A stretch of DNA of 7,605 bases from a virus (taxonomy: Duplodnaviria; Heunggongvirae; Uroviricota; Caudoviricetes): the IMG/VR virus record IMGVR_UViG_2693429676_000010, positions 1 to 7,605 of that record; one strand, given 5' to 3'. The notes under the pieces are model-generated. The model worked only from the letters and a program-made list of their open reading frames with translations. It searched no databases and had not been told where the DNA came from. The position numbers and the translations under genes were made by a program. This document shows, one piece after another, positions 5,997 through 7,605 of the stretch. Positions within the stretch are counted from its first letter, which is position 1. Every line of letters starts with the position of its first letter.

Positions 5997-6095
5997 CTGT
6001 TCGCGCCGAAAGGTGTTCGGCCTGAGACGTTGCTCCGACAGGTTAACACCGTCTCGTTGCCGGACAGTGCGATCCCGCCAGGCTTCAGGGGGTAA
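5997..6095 (+). CDS. 3' tail (last ~32 codons) of the initiator gene, copy C, beginning at the N junction
   Basis: Matches 3529-3627 of copy A, ending in the same TAA and SD context. Confidence 0.45.
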   Translation: MFAPKGVRPETLLRQVNTVSLPDSAIPPGFRG

Positions 6096-6101
6096 CAGAC
6101 C

Positions 6102-6848
6102 ATGAAAAATATTGCGACAGGAGGCGTTCTGGAGCGTATCCGCAGACTGACCCCACCACATGTAACCGCCCCATTCAGAACGGTTGCGGAGTGGCGCGAG
6201 TGGCAACTTGCTGAAGGCCAGAAACGTTGCGAGGAGATCAACCGCCTGAATCGTCAGTTGCGGGTGGAAAAAATCCTGAACCGCTCCGGCATCCAGCCGT
6301 TGCACCGGAAGTGTTCGTTTGCGAATTACCGGGCGCAGAACGACGGTCAGCGACATGCACTGAGTCAGGCGAAATCCATAGCTGACGAACTGATGACAGG
6401 CTGTACGAATTTTGTGTTCAGCGGTAAGCCCGGCACCGGAAAAAATCATCTTGCAGACGCGATTGGCAACCGGCTGATGGCGAAGGGGCGTAGCGTGATT
6501 ATCGTCACCGTGTCCGATGTCATGAGCGTGTTGCATGAGAGCTACGACAACGGCAAATCCGGTGAAAAATTTTTACAGGAGCTTTGTGGTGTTGACCTGC
6601 TGGTCCTGGATGAAATTGGCATGCAGCGGGATACGAAAAACGAGCAGGTGGTACTGAACCAGATTGTTGATCGCCGGACGGCATCGTTACGCGGTGTGGG
6701 GATGCTGACAAATATTAACCATGCAGCGATGAATACACTTCTCGGCGAGCGGGTGATGGATCGCATGGTCATGAACGGCGGGCGCTGGGTGAATTTTAAC
6801 TGGGAGAGCTGGCGTCCGAATGTTAGCCATTCGAGGGTTGTTAAGTAG
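6102..6848 (+). CDS. ydaV: DnaC-like helicase loader, copy C (protein identical to copy A)
   Basis: The ORF-track translation is identical to 3634..4380; the whole unit is offset by 2468 bp from copy A. Confidence 0.85.
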   Translation: MKNIATGGVLERIRRLTPPHVTAPFRTVAEWREWQLAEGQKRCEEINRLNRQLRVEKILNRSGIQPLHRKCSFANYRAQNDGQRHALSQAKSIADELMTGCTNFVFSGKPGTGKNHLADAIGNRLMAKGRSVIIVTVSDVMSVLHESYDNGKSGEKFLQELCGVDLLVLDEIGMQRDTKNEQVVLNQIVDRRTASLRGVGMLTNINHAAMNTLLGERVMDRMVMNGGRWVNFNWESWRPNVSHSRVVK

Positions 6849-6862
6849 TTTCAGGAGGATTT

Positions 6863-7231
6863 ATGGCGAAACCTTTTACTCCCGAACAGCGGGAAGAACT
6901 GAAGACGCGAATTGTGGAACTCGTGCATCAGGACGGTCGGGTCACGATTCGGCAGTTGTCAGATGAAACAGGTATCAGTCGTGCGTCTGTCGGTCGCTTA
7001 TGCATAGAACTGGTCGCAAGTGGTGATGTATATAATTCTGGCTACGGCTTATTCCCGTCTGAACAGGCTCGCAAGGACTGGCAAAGCGCCCGCAAAAAAC
7101 TCTCGAGAGTAAAGGTGAGGAAACCGGTTGTTGTTGATCCGGACCTTATCTGGTCATTACCTGACGGAGAAATACGCCGCTACGACAGGCGCCTGAATAT
7201 AATCTGTCGCGAGTGCCGGAAGAGCGAAGCT
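6863..7231 (+). CDS. YdaW-like small HTH gene, longest copy (123 codons before the N at 7232; native 3' end not determinable)
   Basis: Same start and RBS as the other copies, with a GVFP to GLFP variant near 7045. The continuation past the N is junction-derived. Confidence 0.6.
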
Positions 7232-7233
7232 NT

Positions 7234-7605
7234 ATGGCGAAACCTTTTACTCCCGAACAGCGGGAAGAACTGAAGACGCGAATTGTGGAACTCGTGCATC
7301 AGGACGGTCGGGTCACGATTCGGCAGTTGTCAGATGAAACAGGTATCAGTCGTGCGTCTGTCGGTCGCTTATGCATGGAACTGGTCGCAAGTGGTGATGT
7401 ATATAATTCTGGCTACGGGGTATTTCCCTCTGAACAGGCTCATAAAGACTGGCAAAACGCCCGCAAAAAGCTATCGAGGGTAAAGGTGAAGAAACCGGTT
7501 GTGGTTGATCCTGACCTTATCTGGTCATTACCAGACGGAGAAATACGCCGCTACGACAGGCGCCTGAATATAATCTGTCGCGAGTGCCGGAAGAGCGAAG
7601 CTATG
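7234..7605 (+). CDS. YdaW-like small HTH gene, further variant copy starting right after the N; open to the window end
   Basis: ATG at 7234-7236, no stop through 7605. Several substitutions relative to the 6863 copy (for example I to M at 7378, R to H and S to N around 7441-7456). Preceded by coding sequence, not by the usual RBS, so the placement is likely an assembly join. Confidence 0.45.
   Translation, partial: MAKPFTPEQREELKTRIVELVHQDGRVTIRQLSDETGISRASVGRLCMELVASGDVYNSGYGVFPSEQAHKDWQNARKKLSRVKVKKPVVVDPDLIWSLPDGEIRRYDRRLNIICRECRKSEAM

Noticed and set aside
5990-6005. 8-bp inverted microhomology (GAACAGGC / GCCTGTTC) at the 5996 junction as a recombination site
   Set aside because: A single 8-mer coincidence at an N-marked join is more likely an assembler path switch than evidence of site-specific or illegitimate recombination.
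3342-7605. CRISPR array or other short direct-repeat/spacer structure
   Set aside because: The repeats are gene-scale (over 1 kb) colinear copies of coding sequence, not 25-40 bp repeats with unique spacers.
6863-7605. Genuine head-to-tail tandem duplication of the ydaW-like gene (...KSEA followed directly by MAKPF...)
   Set aside because: The junction at 7232 carries an N and two extra bases, and the second copy has no RBS of its own. The final ATG at 7603-7605 may simply be the next native codon. A concatenation of allelic copies is the more parsimonious reading.

Overview
This ~7.6 kb window (roughly 50% GC, E. coli-like codon usage) reads as the immunity and early-replication module of a Rac-type lambdoid prophage of Enterobacteriaceae. 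Left to right: a small leftward ORF with its own sigma70-like promoter; a rho-independent terminator; a leftward non-cleavable HTH (XRE) repressor; a divergent operator/promoter region; a rightward Cro-like gene; and a CII-like (YdaT-type) gene. After a single N at 1538 comes a second, non-homologous immunity region (5' fragment of a RacR-like repressor, a YdaS/Cro-like gene, a frameshifted ydaT copy), then a DUF1376-type replication initiator, a DnaC-like helicase loader and the start of a small HTH-containing gene. The initiator-tail / DnaC-like / downstream-gene unit recurs twice more, once about 12% diverged at protein level and once near-identical, and every junction coincides with N(s) at 4621-4637, 5996 and 7232. 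I interpret the window as a mosaic, probably mis-joined or collapsed assembly of several related prophage modules, not a clean biological tandem array. I see no tRNA, rRNA, CRISPR array or transposase, and no convincing novel defence system. The most interesting signals are a candidate origin of replication embedded in the initiator gene, immunity-module swapping at the ydaT boundary, and the diverged DnaC-like paralog. Family and gene-name assignments come from reading motifs and from recalled gene order of the E. coli K-12 Rac prophage; no database search was run.
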